From: a virus
Length of the DNA: 64,000 nt
Virus record (IMG/VR): IMGVR_UViG_3300027798_000038
Span: 5,157 to 69,156 of that record
Strand: one strand, 5' to 3'
The first letter of the stretch is position 1; each line of letters opens with the position of its first letter. This document shows positions 9,105 through 17,921 of the stretch, in pieces. A program made the position numbers and the translations under genes. Under the pieces are notes generated by a model. The model made no database searches. It was not told the DNA's origin and saw only the letters and a list, made by a program, of their open reading frames with translations.

Positions 9105-9146
9105 TATAATAAATGCCATCCTCGGCTCTAACTCGGAGAAATTTAA

Positions 9147-9899
9147 TTGACAGAATCAAGAACATATAATGAAACAGCACTAGATGTAATGAATACCAAG
9201 GAATACGAAGAAGGTTACCTTGGGGATGCAATTCGTTTTGCAATGAAGCGCGATAACAAACGTTTCTGGGCCGGAGACAATATTAGTGACTACCTACATG
9301 AAGGTGATAAGGAAGTTTTAATCGACGAAGCCGCAGAAGCATTTGAAACTGTGTTGGATCGTTTGCTTATCGATCGTGAAAACGATCCAAACTCAAAAGG
9401 CACAGCAAGACGTCTTGCCAAAATGTATTTTAATGAAGTAATGGCAGGAAGATACGAACCCGAACCAGACGCAACCGCTTTCCCCAATGACTCAGAAGAT
9501 CGCTACGAAGGCATGCTCGTGGTTCGCAGTGAGCTACGGTCCATGTGCTCTCATCATCACCAGCCTGTGGCTGGGGTTGCCTACATCGGTATCATCGCCG
9601 CTAATAAACTCATTGGTCTTTCTAAATATACTCGTATCGCACAATGGTGTGCCCGACGAGGAACACTACAGGAAGAACTCTGCAACGACATTGCAAGAGA
9701 AATAATGCAAGCAACTGAAAGTGAAAATGTAGCAGTCTATATACAGGCCACTCACGGGTGTTGTGAAAACCGCGGCATCATGGCACATAGTTCACTAACG
9801 CAGACTACAGTACTTAAAGGGTCATTCAAAGATGATCCTCATACAAAGAAGGAATTCTTTGACAACATTAAACTACAACAGGAGTTTGCCCCAAGATGA
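9147..9899 (+). CDS. folE: GTP cyclohydrolase I
   Basis: TARRLAK, SMCSHH, IGLSKYTR, LQEEL, ATHGCCENRG motifs. Confidence 0.93.
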   Translation: MTESRTYNETALDVMNTKEYEEGYLGDAIRFAMKRDNKRFWAGDNISDYLHEGDKEVLIDEAAEAFETVLDRLLIDRENDPNSKGTARRLAKMYFNEVMAGRYEPEPDATAFPNDSEDRYEGMLVVRSELRSMCSHHHQPVAGVAYIGIIAANKLIGLSKYTRIAQWCARRGTLQEELCNDIAREIMQATESENVAVYIQATHGCCENRGIMAHSSLTQTTVLKGSFKDDPHTKKEFFDNIKLQQEFAPR

Positions 9900-10111
9900 C
9901 AACAGCTAAAGATTTAACGGATCAATTAATATACCGTGCAAAAAACTTGCAAGAATTTGTAGTAGAACGAGATTGGAATCTTATTCCTGCAGGGGTTATT
10001 CGATTTAACATTCAACATACTGTAGGTGAACCAGCTAGAATTTTTGTACCAGCACTCACACAAGACGAAGCTGAAGATATGGTAGATGAATGGTTTAAGG
10101 AAGAAGTATGA
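9896..10111 (+). CDS. Hypothetical protein
   Basis: ATGA overlaps at both ends. Confidence 0.7.
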   Translation: MTTAKDLTDQLIYRAKNLQEFVVERDWNLIPAGVIRFNIQHTVGEPARIFVPALTQDEAEDMVDEWFKEEV

Positions 10112-10584
10112 CCTTGTTGTTAAAATTACTTGATAAGCTAGGTCGTAAACGTGTTATTATGGACCGTGTACACGACGAGCCTTATTTAGAACGATATTAT
10201 CTTTTCTTAAAAGAGCGTGATAATTTTCCATTTAATATATTTTTACATAAATTTTTAAAAGGTGATCCGGACGATGTTCATGATCACCCATGGGGTTATT
10301 GTACTTTAATTCTGCGTGGAGGATACTATGAATGGATTCCGCAATTTAACGCAGACGGTACCAAGTCATGTGAAGTTCGTAAGTGGCGTAACCCTGGACA
10401 TTTTCGTGTATGTAAACCTAACAGCTATCATCGTATCGAATTACAGCCAGGTGTAACTGCATGGACTCTGTTTATGCCGTTAAAGAAAGTGCGTGACTGG
10501 GGATTTCTTGTAAACGATGTATGGATTCAACACGAACATTATTTAAAAACTCGTAAGGAAGTATATGAAAAAGCGGCAGGTTAG
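10108..10584 (+). CDS. Cupin-fold (HxH metal-binding) protein
   Basis: HDHPW...GGYYE...YHRIEL...WTLF cupin pattern. Confidence 0.65.
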   Translation: MTLLLKLLDKLGRKRVIMDRVHDEPYLERYYLFLKERDNFPFNIFLHKFLKGDPDDVHDHPWGYCTLILRGGYYEWIPQFNADGTKSCEVRKWRNPGHFRVCKPNSYHRIELQPGVTAWTLFMPLKKVRDWGFLVNDVWIQHEHYLKTRKEVYEKAAG

Positions 10585-11098
10585 TTGGGAAGAGTATCAA
10601 GGGTTAATAGCAAAGATTTGCAGAGACATTTCCAATAGTAATTGGCGTCCTGACTATGTTGTAGGGATTACTCGAGGCGGGTTATTACCTGCTAAGATGA
10701 TCAGCTATTATTTTGAGGTGCCTTGCGAAACATTAAAAGTACAATTACGTGATGGCGATTCATGCGAAAGTAACCTATGGATGGCAGAAGATGCATTTGG
10801 ATACGAAATATACGATCCAATGGTATCAGGCAGTGGTCAAAAAAAGATTCTTATTGTTGACGACATTAACGACACCGGCGCTACATTGAATTGGATCATA
10901 AATGATTGGACTGCCGGGTGTTTGCCGGACGATGAACGATGGAGTGAAGTTTGGGGGGACAATGTTCGATTCGCTGTTATTTTTGATAATCTAGCATCCA
11001 AGTGTGTTACATCTATGAACTACTCTGGAGTAGAAATTAACAAGGAAGAAGATCCGGCCTGGATTGATTTTCCGTACGAAGACTGGTGGACTAAATGA
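10565..11098 (+). CDS. Type I phosphoribosyltransferase (purine PRTase-like)
   Basis: VVGITRGGLLP, PRPP-binding ILIVDDINDTGATL, C-terminal WIDFPYE. Confidence 0.88.
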   Translation: MKKRQVSWEEYQGLIAKICRDISNSNWRPDYVVGITRGGLLPAKMISYYFEVPCETLKVQLRDGDSCESNLWMAEDAFGYEIYDPMVSGSGQKKILIVDDINDTGATLNWIINDWTAGCLPDDERWSEVWGDNVRFAVIFDNLASKCVTSMNYSGVEINKEEDPAWIDFPYEDWWTK

Positions 11099-11334
11099 GT
11101 ACAATGATAAGGCACAGCGATACTTGTCAAATTATGCAGGTATCTAGTAAACGAACAATAGAAGCAGTTGTACAAGATTTTGAAGAGCATGGTAAACTTA
11201 ATGTAATTTTAAATAAATCTGTAAAAATTAACATGAAATGGAACGGGTCATTGTACGAAGGAAGAGGAGCAGGAATGGACTTTACTAGTTCGGGACCTAC
11301 TATATCAAGAACGCAGACAAGTGCCAGAGGATAA
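11095..11334 (+). CDS. Hypothetical protein
   Basis: ATGA overlap, 79 aa. Confidence 0.65.
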   Translation: MSTMIRHSDTCQIMQVSSKRTIEAVVQDFEEHGKLNVILNKSVKINMKWNGSLYEGRGAGMDFTSSGPTISRTQTSARG

Positions 11335-11335
11335 A

Positions 11336-11713
11336 ATGAATCTACATTATTCATTAGATGATGCAAAAGAAGTAGGTGATGCACCGTGGGATAATATTGT
11401 ACAAGATGATTTTCATGTTGTTATTTTTAAAGATAAGTATCCAGTAACTGACGGGCATTTATTATTTGTGCCTAAATACTCAGCCAACGGAGTTATTGAA
11501 GATTGTTTTGCAGATGCACTTAGCTTAGGTCAAGAAAAAGTCAAGGCCGGCGAGTGGGATGGATTTAACATTGGACTCAATTGGGGAGAAGCAGCAGGTC
11601 AAACTGTTCCCTATCCACATGTTCATTTAATTCCAAGACGCAAAGGCGATATGGAAGATCCCCGTGGTGGCGTTAGACACGTTATACCAGAAAAAGGAAA
11701 TTATAAAAAATGA
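11336..11713 (+). CDS. HIT family nucleotide hydrolase
   Basis: DKYPVTDGHLLFVP...AAGQTV...HVHLIPRR; ATG at 11336 after GAGG. Confidence 0.9.
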   Translation: MNLHYSLDDAKEVGDAPWDNIVQDDFHVVIFKDKYPVTDGHLLFVPKYSANGVIEDCFADALSLGQEKVKAGEWDGFNIGLNWGEAAGQTVPYPHVHLIPRRKGDMEDPRGGVRHVIPEKGNYKK

Positions 11714-12528
11714 GTAGAGCAGTGTTCATCGGTGATAGTCACACATGTGGGTACGATAGTATCCCTGGAAAAGTAGGGCTGGGATCGTTTTCCTATTGGA
11801 ATGATAACAACTACGGAGAAGTATACAGTACCACTGTAAATAAACCTGTAGCTATGTACGCTATGGCCGGTGTAAATAATCGAGTCTATACTGATTGGTT
11901 AAAAACAATGTTCGAATACTACAGTGATATCGATGAAGTGTTTTTGTGTATGGCTCCTCTCAATAGATTTGTAATTGCATTTGACGATGTATTATCTGAC
12001 ACCGTTATTGATGTTGATCATTTTACACTAAAGCTAGATTCACCGTATGAAAATATCGATCGCTATTCAGATCCAACAATTGTAGACAACAAAATACAAC
12101 TCTTTAATAAGCCTATTCGAGACGACTATAGTAAATTTCCAGGCATGGAGTTGTCGGCAGAGCATGGGCTTAAAAATCCCAACTTGCGCAAGCATACATT
12201 TATGCAGGTTAAAACATTTTTTGATTTAAATTCGTTTACAGAAAAACGAGAGTTCTTACAAAGTGTGTATGCATGGGATAATATTTGTGCAGATAACGGT
12301 GCTAAATTGTATCTATTCAATATTACAGATAGACTAAAGTATCCGCAGACATTTGAATATTATGGCAAATTAAAATGTACTAAAATTGCTACTAAAAATG
12401 TTGAAGTATTTTTTACAGAAAAAGGTATCGATCATACACAATTCTATCTTGAAGATAAAGAACACTATAACAAAGAATATCACGAAATGATTGCTAACGA
12501 GTATTTGCCTTGGTTAAAGACTCTATGA
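11710..12528 (+). CDS. SGNH/GDSL-like protein
   Basis: N-terminal FIGDSHT and C-terminal DKEHY...H. Confidence 0.65.
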   Translation: MSRAVFIGDSHTCGYDSIPGKVGLGSFSYWNDNNYGEVYSTTVNKPVAMYAMAGVNNRVYTDWLKTMFEYYSDIDEVFLCMAPLNRFVIAFDDVLSDTVIDVDHFTLKLDSPYENIDRYSDPTIVDNKIQLFNKPIRDDYSKFPGMELSAEHGLKNPNLRKHTFMQVKTFFDLNSFTEKREFLQSVYAWDNICADNGAKLYLFNITDRLKYPQTFEYYGKLKCTKIATKNVEVFFTEKGIDHTQFYLEDKEHYNKEYHEMIANEYLPWLKTL

Positions 12529-13118
12529 AAATTTTAATTGCCGGTGATAGCTTTGCAGCCAAATGGCCTAGAAAAGATACTAACATCGGCTGGGTAGAGA
12601 AATTGGCAGAACAATTTGATGTTGTCAATGTTGCGCAGGCAGGGGTAGGCGAATATAAAATATACAAACAATTGACCAATATTGAATTAGAAAAATTTGA
12701 TCTAGTAATTGTAAGTCACACTAGTCCAAGCAGAGTTCACACTCGTAATCATCCGTTACACAAAGAAGGGTTACATAAAGATTGCGATTTAATTGTTACT
12801 GATCTCATTGGGCATTTTCAACCATTCAATAACAATCTACAAATATCAAAGTCTTGGTTCAAATATCACTACGACGAAGAATACCAAATTGACATATATG
12901 AGTTGTTAAGAGAGAAAATAAAAAGCATAATTAATATACCGTATATTAGTATGACGCATGTTAGCATTAGTGCGGTATTATCTACTGAATTTAATAATAT
13001 TGATTTTAGTAAGTTGTGGGCAGCAGAAAGAGGGGATGTAAATCATTACAACAAAAAAGGTAATGATACGATAGTTGAAACTATTTTACAAATCTTAGAA
13101 GGAGCTAAAAATGGTTAA
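12525..13118 (+). CDS. SGNH/GDSL-like protein
   Basis: IAGDSFA, NVAQAGVG, C-terminal NHYNKKGN; ATGA overlap at 12525. Confidence 0.65.
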   Translation: MKILIAGDSFAAKWPRKDTNIGWVEKLAEQFDVVNVAQAGVGEYKIYKQLTNIELEKFDLVIVSHTSPSRVHTRNHPLHKEGLHKDCDLIVTDLIGHFQPFNNNLQISKSWFKYHYDEEYQIDIYELLREKIKSIINIPYISMTHVSISAVLSTEFNNIDFSKLWAAERGDVNHYNKKGNDTIVETILQILEGAKNG

Positions 13119-13296
13119 AGAGGGATCAAGGTGGTCTGATAGCAATAGTCAAAAATTTCGTGTTATACATGTAATAGAACTCGAAGAACATACGTGGATA
13201 CATTATATTAAAGATAATGCCCACAAAGATGAGACTCGAGAATATAGTTGTTATGTAGAAAGTTTTTTAGCAAGATTTAGTCCAATCGTAGAATGA
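13111..13296 (+). CDS. Hypothetical protein
   Basis: SD AAGGAG; overlaps neighbours. Confidence 0.65.
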   Translation: MVKEGSRWSDSNSQKFRVIHVIELEEHTWIHYIKDNAHKDETREYSCYVESFLARFSPIVE

Positions 13297-13490
13297 CGCA
13301 CGACATAACAGTGACCTGGGATAACCAAAATGGATTTTGGTGGAACGAAACCTGCGCTAAGGTATTGGAACAATTTGGATTGCCGGGAGAGCGTTACACT
13401 AGTCATCCTGAAACAGATTATATGACCTTTAAATTTATTAATGAATATGATGCATTAATGTGTAAATTATTATTGAGTGATAGATTATGA
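13293..13490 (+). CDS. Hypothetical protein
   Basis: ATGA overlaps on both sides. Confidence 0.65.
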   Translation: MTHDITVTWDNQNGFWWNETCAKVLEQFGLPGERYTSHPETDYMTFKFINEYDALMCKLLLSDRL

Positions 13491-13711
13491 AATGTACTGG
13501 GCAGATAATTCTTGCAGTAAGTTTAACTGTGTTTGCAATATATTTACTTACAGAAACAGAAAGTCACGGAGTAGTTGTATATGATTGCAGGCTAGCTGAA
13601 ATATCTCCGGATATACCAATTGACATCAAAAATCAATGTCGTAGACTGCGGATGGAACAACCGCAAGAACAAAATTTAGAAAGGACTAATAATGGAAAAT
13701 ATACAACGTAA
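13487..13711 (+). CDS. Small membrane-anchored protein
   Basis: N-terminal hydrophobic helix; YDC...C pair. Confidence 0.6.
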   Translation: MKCTGQIILAVSLTVFAIYLLTETESHGVVVYDCRLAEISPDIPIDIKNQCRRLRMEQPQEQNLERTNNGKYTT

Positions 13712-13889
13712 CTCATGGACTCTTAAGGTAGAAGAGGATCCAGAAACTGGCGATGCCATGATAGCATTCCCGCCCGACTTGTTAGAAAAGGCAGGTTGGA
13801 AAGAAGGCGACACGCTAAATTGGATTGATCAAAAAGATGGTAGCTGGCAACTCAAAAAGGTTGACACAACTAGTGAAAAGAGTGTATAA
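13692..13889 (+). CDS. AbrB/MazE-like DNA-binding protein
   Basis: IAFPPDLLEKAGWKEGDTLNW swapped-hairpin pattern. Confidence 0.65.
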   Translation: MENIQRNSWTLKVEEDPETGDAMIAFPPDLLEKAGWKEGDTLNWIDQKDGSWQLKKVDTTSEKSV

Positions 13890-13890
13890 T
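13861..13890 (+). promoter_or_regulatory. Consensus sigma70 promoter, probably giving a leaderless queE mRNA
   Basis: TTGACA (13861-13866), 18 bp spacer, TATAAT (13885-13890); ATG at 13897 with no SD. Confidence 0.8.
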
Positions 13891-13896
13891 AGTAAT

Positions 13897-14763
13897 ATGA
13901 GCAAAATTAAAATCGCAGAGCTGTTCTACAGCATTCAGGGTGAAGGACGCTATATGGGTGTCCCGTCTGTGTTTCTACGCACATTTGGTTGTAACTTTAA
14001 ATGTGCTGGCTTTGGAATGCCTCGTGGTGAAGTCAGTCACGAAGCCACTGACATTGCGGCAACACACAAAATGATTGAGTCTTTTCAAAAGTATGAAGAC
14101 TTGCCACTAGTCAGCACAGGATGTGACAGCTATGCGTCGTGGCATCCAGACTTTAAAGACTTATCACCCATGCTTGAAAGTAATGCTATTGTAAATCGCA
14201 TTATGGAGATACTTCCACACAAGCGTTGGGAAGATGAGCATCTAGTTATTACAGGCGGCGAACCTTTGTTAGGGTGGCAACGTGCTTATCCTGACTTGCT
14301 ATCGCATGCTAGCATGAATAGACTTAGAGAGATTACTTTTGAAACTAACGGTACTCAAAAGCTAACTACAGAATTTGCTGCTTATTTGCACACTTGGAAA
14401 AGTCATCATGATCAAGACTTTTGGCGTGAGATTACATTTAGTGTTAGTGCTAAACTTCCTTGTTCAGGCGAGAGTTGGGGAGAAGCAATTATTCCAGAAG
14501 TAGTTTGTGAATACGAAGAATACGGTACTGCATATTTAAAATTTGTTATTGCTACCGAACAAGACTTTGCTGATGCTCAACGTGCATCTGAAGAATATCG
14601 TAAGGCAGGTTTTACAGGTCACATTTATCTAATGCCAGTTGGTGGTGTTGAAAGTGTTTATGCATTAAACAATCGTAAAGTAGCCGATTTGGCCATGAAG
14701 AACGGGTTGAGGTACAGTGATAGACTTCAAGTGCCGTTGTTTAAAAATGAATGGGGAACCTAA
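13897..14763 (+). CDS. queE: 7-carboxy-7-deazaguanine synthase (radical SAM)
   Basis: ELFYSIQGEG, VFLRTFGCN, CDSYASW, VITGGEP, FETNGT, SVSAKL, YLMP, SDRLQ. Confidence 0.92.
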   Translation: MSKIKIAELFYSIQGEGRYMGVPSVFLRTFGCNFKCAGFGMPRGEVSHEATDIAATHKMIESFQKYEDLPLVSTGCDSYASWHPDFKDLSPMLESNAIVNRIMEILPHKRWEDEHLVITGGEPLLGWQRAYPDLLSHASMNRLREITFETNGTQKLTTEFAAYLHTWKSHHDQDFWREITFSVSAKLPCSGESWGEAIIPEVVCEYEEYGTAYLKFVIATEQDFADAQRASEEYRKAGFTGHIYLMPVGGVESVYALNNRKVADLAMKNGLRYSDRLQVPLFKNEWGT

Positions 14764-15203
14764 TGCGTAAATTCGTAGAAAAATTATTTGGTATTACCAA
14801 ACTTAAAGAAGCTACAGAAGCTGCTATGCAGGCTGCTGAAGAATCTAAAAAATTAGCAGAAGTTGCTACTGCGGCTGCCGAACGTGCTAAAGAAGCAGAA
14901 GAGCTGGCTAAGTTAGATCCAAAGACTCGTGCTACACGTAAAAAAGAACCCTGGGTCGGAGTGTTAGAAACACATGTAAACAAAGATAACATCCGCAATG
15001 GATTTTTTGAGCTTGACTGGAACGAACAGTTTGTGTTAAAATTAAAGCAAGAAGGATACGGATTTGACGGCGACCCAGAAGAACAAATTGTGGATCGTTG
15101 GTTCCGTGAATTATGTGCAAATGTAGTAACCGACGGCGACTACGGTGGTGCAGTAAACACTGGCGTAATTGATATTAACACAGTTAAAAAGAATATTAAA
15201 TGA
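14763..15203 (+). CDS. Hypothetical phage protein
   Basis: TAATG overlap at 14761-14765; Ala/Glu coiled coil followed by a globular domain. Confidence 0.7.
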   Translation: MRKFVEKLFGITKLKEATEAAMQAAEESKKLAEVATAAAERAKEAEELAKLDPKTRATRKKEPWVGVLETHVNKDNIRNGFFELDWNEQFVLKLKQEGYGFDGDPEEQIVDRWFRELCANVVTDGDYGGAVNTGVIDINTVKKNIK

Positions 15204-16186
15204 ACTATATTATAGTTGATACAGCAAATACATTTTTCCGTGCTAGACATGTTATTAACGGCGACGCTGATATCAAACTAGGCATGGCTTTTCATATTAC
15301 ACTTAATAGTGTTAAGAAGGCTTGGCAAGACTTTGACGGCAGTCACGTTATCTTCTGTTTAGAGGGGCGTAGCTGGCGCAAAGATTATTATGCCCCGTAC
15401 AAAGCTCAACGTGCTGCTCAACGTGCCGCACATACAGAACGTGAAGCAGACGAAGAGAAAGTCTTTTGGGAAGCGTTTGATACATTTAAAGATTTTATTA
15501 AAGATAAGACTAACTGTACAGTAATGCAAAATCCACGGTTAGAAGCTGATGATCTAATTGCTGGTTGGATACAGAGTCATCCAAACGATAACCATATTAT
15601 TATTTCAACAGATACAGATTTTGTGCAATTGATTGCACCCAATGTGAAACAGTATAACGGTGTTATGGAAACTACAATTACACACGAAGGTATCTTTGAT
15701 GCAAAAGGCAAACGAGTCATCGACAAAAAAACACAACAACCCAAAGCTGTCCCAGATCCAGAATGGCTCTTGTTTGAAAAATGCATGCGTGGTGATACCA
15801 GTGATAATGTCTTCTCAGCGTATCCGGGTGTACGTACTAAAGGCACAAGCAAAAAAGTGGGTCTTACTGAAGCGTTCGAAGATCGTAAAAGCAAAGGATA
15901 TTCGTGGAACAATCTCATGTTACAGAAATGGTCTGATCACAACGGAGTCGAACATCGTGTGCTAGAAGATTATGAACGCAATCGTCGACTTATTGACTTG
16001 ACACATCAGCCAGAAGATATAAAAGTTATTATATCTGAAACAATTGCAGAAGCAACAAGTGCTAATAAAAATATTAGTCAGGTAGGACTACGACTTATGA
16101 AATTTTGCGGCCTGTATGATCTTAAAAAGATTTCCGATCAGGCGCAGGCATATGCTGAACCATTAAATGCGAGGTATACACTATGA
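15200..16186 (+). CDS. rnh: T4 RNase H-like 5'-3' exonuclease (FEN/PIN fold)
   Basis: IVDTAN, WRKDYYAPYKAQR, LEADDLIA, ISTDTDFVQL, GDTSDNV. Confidence 0.88.
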   Translation: MNYIIVDTANTFFRARHVINGDADIKLGMAFHITLNSVKKAWQDFDGSHVIFCLEGRSWRKDYYAPYKAQRAAQRAAHTEREADEEKVFWEAFDTFKDFIKDKTNCTVMQNPRLEADDLIAGWIQSHPNDNHIIISTDTDFVQLIAPNVKQYNGVMETTITHEGIFDAKGKRVIDKKTQQPKAVPDPEWLLFEKCMRGDTSDNVFSAYPGVRTKGTSKKVGLTEAFEDRKSKGYSWNNLMLQKWSDHNGVEHRVLEDYERNRRLIDLTHQPEDIKVIISETIAEATSANKNISQVGLRLMKFCGLYDLKKISDQAQAYAEPLNARYTL

Positions 16187-16662
16187 CACATGAATTACAT
16201 GCTAAACCTATTATCAATGATAAGTTCTGGATTGTAGAAAAAGACGGAACAAAGTTTGCTACTTTAAGAAAGAACGAAGACAATCGATTTGTACTAAGCA
16301 ATGAACTTGGTGTCAAGATCTACGACACAAAAGAAAAACTTACTAAAGAATTTGGTCGTGATTTCTTTGTTGCTCGAATTATTAAAGAAAGTAATAATGC
16401 ATTGCCGAACGAAGTTCACGGATATGCTACTAGTGTAGAACCTCATAATGCAATGTTTGACATTCAACGCAAATTGCCATTGTTTACTAAAAGTAGCGAC
16501 AGCAAAAGTTTATACTGTGCAGGGTATTATGTTATTCATTTCGAAAAAGGCTGGGTTAAAAGTTTTTGTCCAAAGTTAATAACATTACAAAGATACGAAT
16601 ATCAGGGTCCGTTTAAAACAGACTTAGAAATGAAACAGGTATTAGCTAATGTCAGCAAATAA
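16183..16662 (+). CDS. Hypothetical phage protein
   Basis: ATGA overlap, 159 aa. Confidence 0.75.
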   Translation: MTHELHAKPIINDKFWIVEKDGTKFATLRKNEDNRFVLSNELGVKIYDTKEKLTKEFGRDFFVARIIKESNNALPNEVHGYATSVEPHNAMFDIQRKLPLFTKSSDSKSLYCAGYYVIHFEKGWVKSFCPKLITLQRYEYQGPFKTDLEMKQVLANVSK

Positions 16663-16900
16663 AATACCTCAATCTCTGCCATCGGTTGACCGATTACTTC
16701 AACGTCTTAATGTTGCTGAAAAAAGCCAACAAAAAGACATACGGATTTCAATCCAAGAAGGCCGTGAACTTGTTCAAGAACTAGCGTTGTTAACGGTTAA
16801 AATGTCTAATACAGTAAACGAAGTACATCAAATGTTGTTAGAAATTAAAGCATCAACTACTCAAATCGATGTTAAATTTGACGGTGGCGGGTTCAATTAG
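16649..16900 (+). CDS. Hypothetical protein ending in FDGGGF
   Basis: 83-aa ORF with a coiled coil and a Gly/Phe tail. Confidence 0.7.
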   Translation: MSANKIPQSLPSVDRLLQRLNVAEKSQQKDIRISIQEGRELVQELALLTVKMSNTVNEVHQMLLEIKASTTQIDVKFDGGGFN

Positions 16901-16901
16901 A

Positions 16902-16942
16902 TATAAATATATACGTGGTTATTAAAACCCAACGTATATATT
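16902..16942 (+). promoter_or_regulatory. T4-type late promoter TATAAATA plus an occluding hairpin
   Basis: TATAAATA at 16902-16909; AATATATACGT (16906-16916) pairs with ACGTATATATT (16932-16942) immediately before ATG at 16943. Confidence 0.7.
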
Positions 16943-17224
16943 ATGAGTAGACCAAAACCTAAAGTAATGCTAGAACATGCAAATAAGGACACTTTCAAAG
17001 TAGAACAAATACTAGAAAGTGATGCCATATGGGCGGTGTTTTATAAAGATCAGCCGTTTAATTTAAAAAGTGGTAGTTTGGTTGCAAGCTATCCCGGACC
17101 TAAGTATAAAAAAGTAAGTTTTTCAAATCCGGGACATGCTCATAACTTAGCTAAAAAATTAAATAAAATATTTAAAACGACCGATTTTGCAGTTTATAAA
17201 TTGTCTCAAGGCGAGAAGCTATAA
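16943..17224 (+). CDS. Hypothetical basic protein
   Basis: 93-aa ORF after the late promoter. Confidence 0.75.
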   Translation: MSRPKPKVMLEHANKDTFKVEQILESDAIWAVFYKDQPFNLKSGSLVASYPGPKYKKVSFSNPGHAHNLAKKLNKIFKTTDFAVYKLSQGEKL

Positions 17225-17616
17225 TGAACAACACTAAGGATACCTTTACTAGGGTGTTCTTAAATGCAGCCGGACAACAAGGTAACATAGATCAACTTAA
17301 AATTCAATGGTGGCAAAACCTAAGAACTAAAGACGAAGGTGGGCTACGCCTAACTGATCAAGGTATTGAATTTATAAAAACGCAAGCTGATATAAAAGTA
17401 TACGAAATCAAACTCCCCAAAGAAATAAAAATTACAGCTCAAATATTAATTTGGCTAGATCAATTTATTACATCTCCGTGGCATCTATCAAAAAATACAA
17501 TTAGTGTATTATCCGAAAAATCAGCATTCGAACTCTATCTGTTCTCCGGCGATATCAAAAAAATGGGGCATGCCAAAGCCATGAATAAACGCCTTTCTCA
17601 AGAATCAATTTCTTAA
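17224..17616 (+). CDS. Hypothetical protein
   Basis: TAATG overlap, 130 aa. Confidence 0.7.
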   Translation: MNNTKDTFTRVFLNAAGQQGNIDQLKIQWWQNLRTKDEGGLRLTDQGIEFIKTQADIKVYEIKLPKEIKITAQILIWLDQFITSPWHLSKNTISVLSEKSAFELYLFSGDIKKMGHAKAMNKRLSQESIS

Positions 17617-17634
17617 CCCTAAATTAAACACTAT

Positions 17635-17642
17635 TATAAATA
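17635..17642 (+). promoter_or_regulatory. T4-type late promoter
   Basis: Intergenic TATAAATA, 7 nt before ATG at 17650. Confidence 0.6.
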
Positions 17643-17649
17643 TTTCACA

Positions 17650-17919
17650 ATGATTGAACTCAATCCACTCGATATTTTAGACTCGCGGAAAATGAATAGA
17701 ATTCCTCCTCATTTCTTTAAAACAGAATTGCAAGAGGGTGAAATTTTTAATCACGAGTTAGAAGATTGGATTAAATTACGATTACGTGGTAGATATAGTT
17801 TAAGACAAATTCCATCTGTCGATAAAGATGGTAAACTTAAAAATGCTACACACGTTGCGTTTGAAGAAGAAAAAGAACTGACATATTTTATGTTAGCCTG
17901 TCCAAATTTAAGGAGATAA
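17650..17919 (+). CDS. Hypothetical protein
   Basis: 89-aa ORF. Confidence 0.7.
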   Translation: MIELNPLDILDSRKMNRIPPHFFKTELQEGEIFNHELEDWIKLRLRGRYSLRQIPSVDKDGKLKNATHVAFEEEKELTYFMLACPNLRR

Positions 17920-17921
17920 TT

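Noticed and set aside
13692-13889. Toxin-antitoxin pair
   Set aside because: The AbrB/MazE-like gene has no recognisable adjacent toxin
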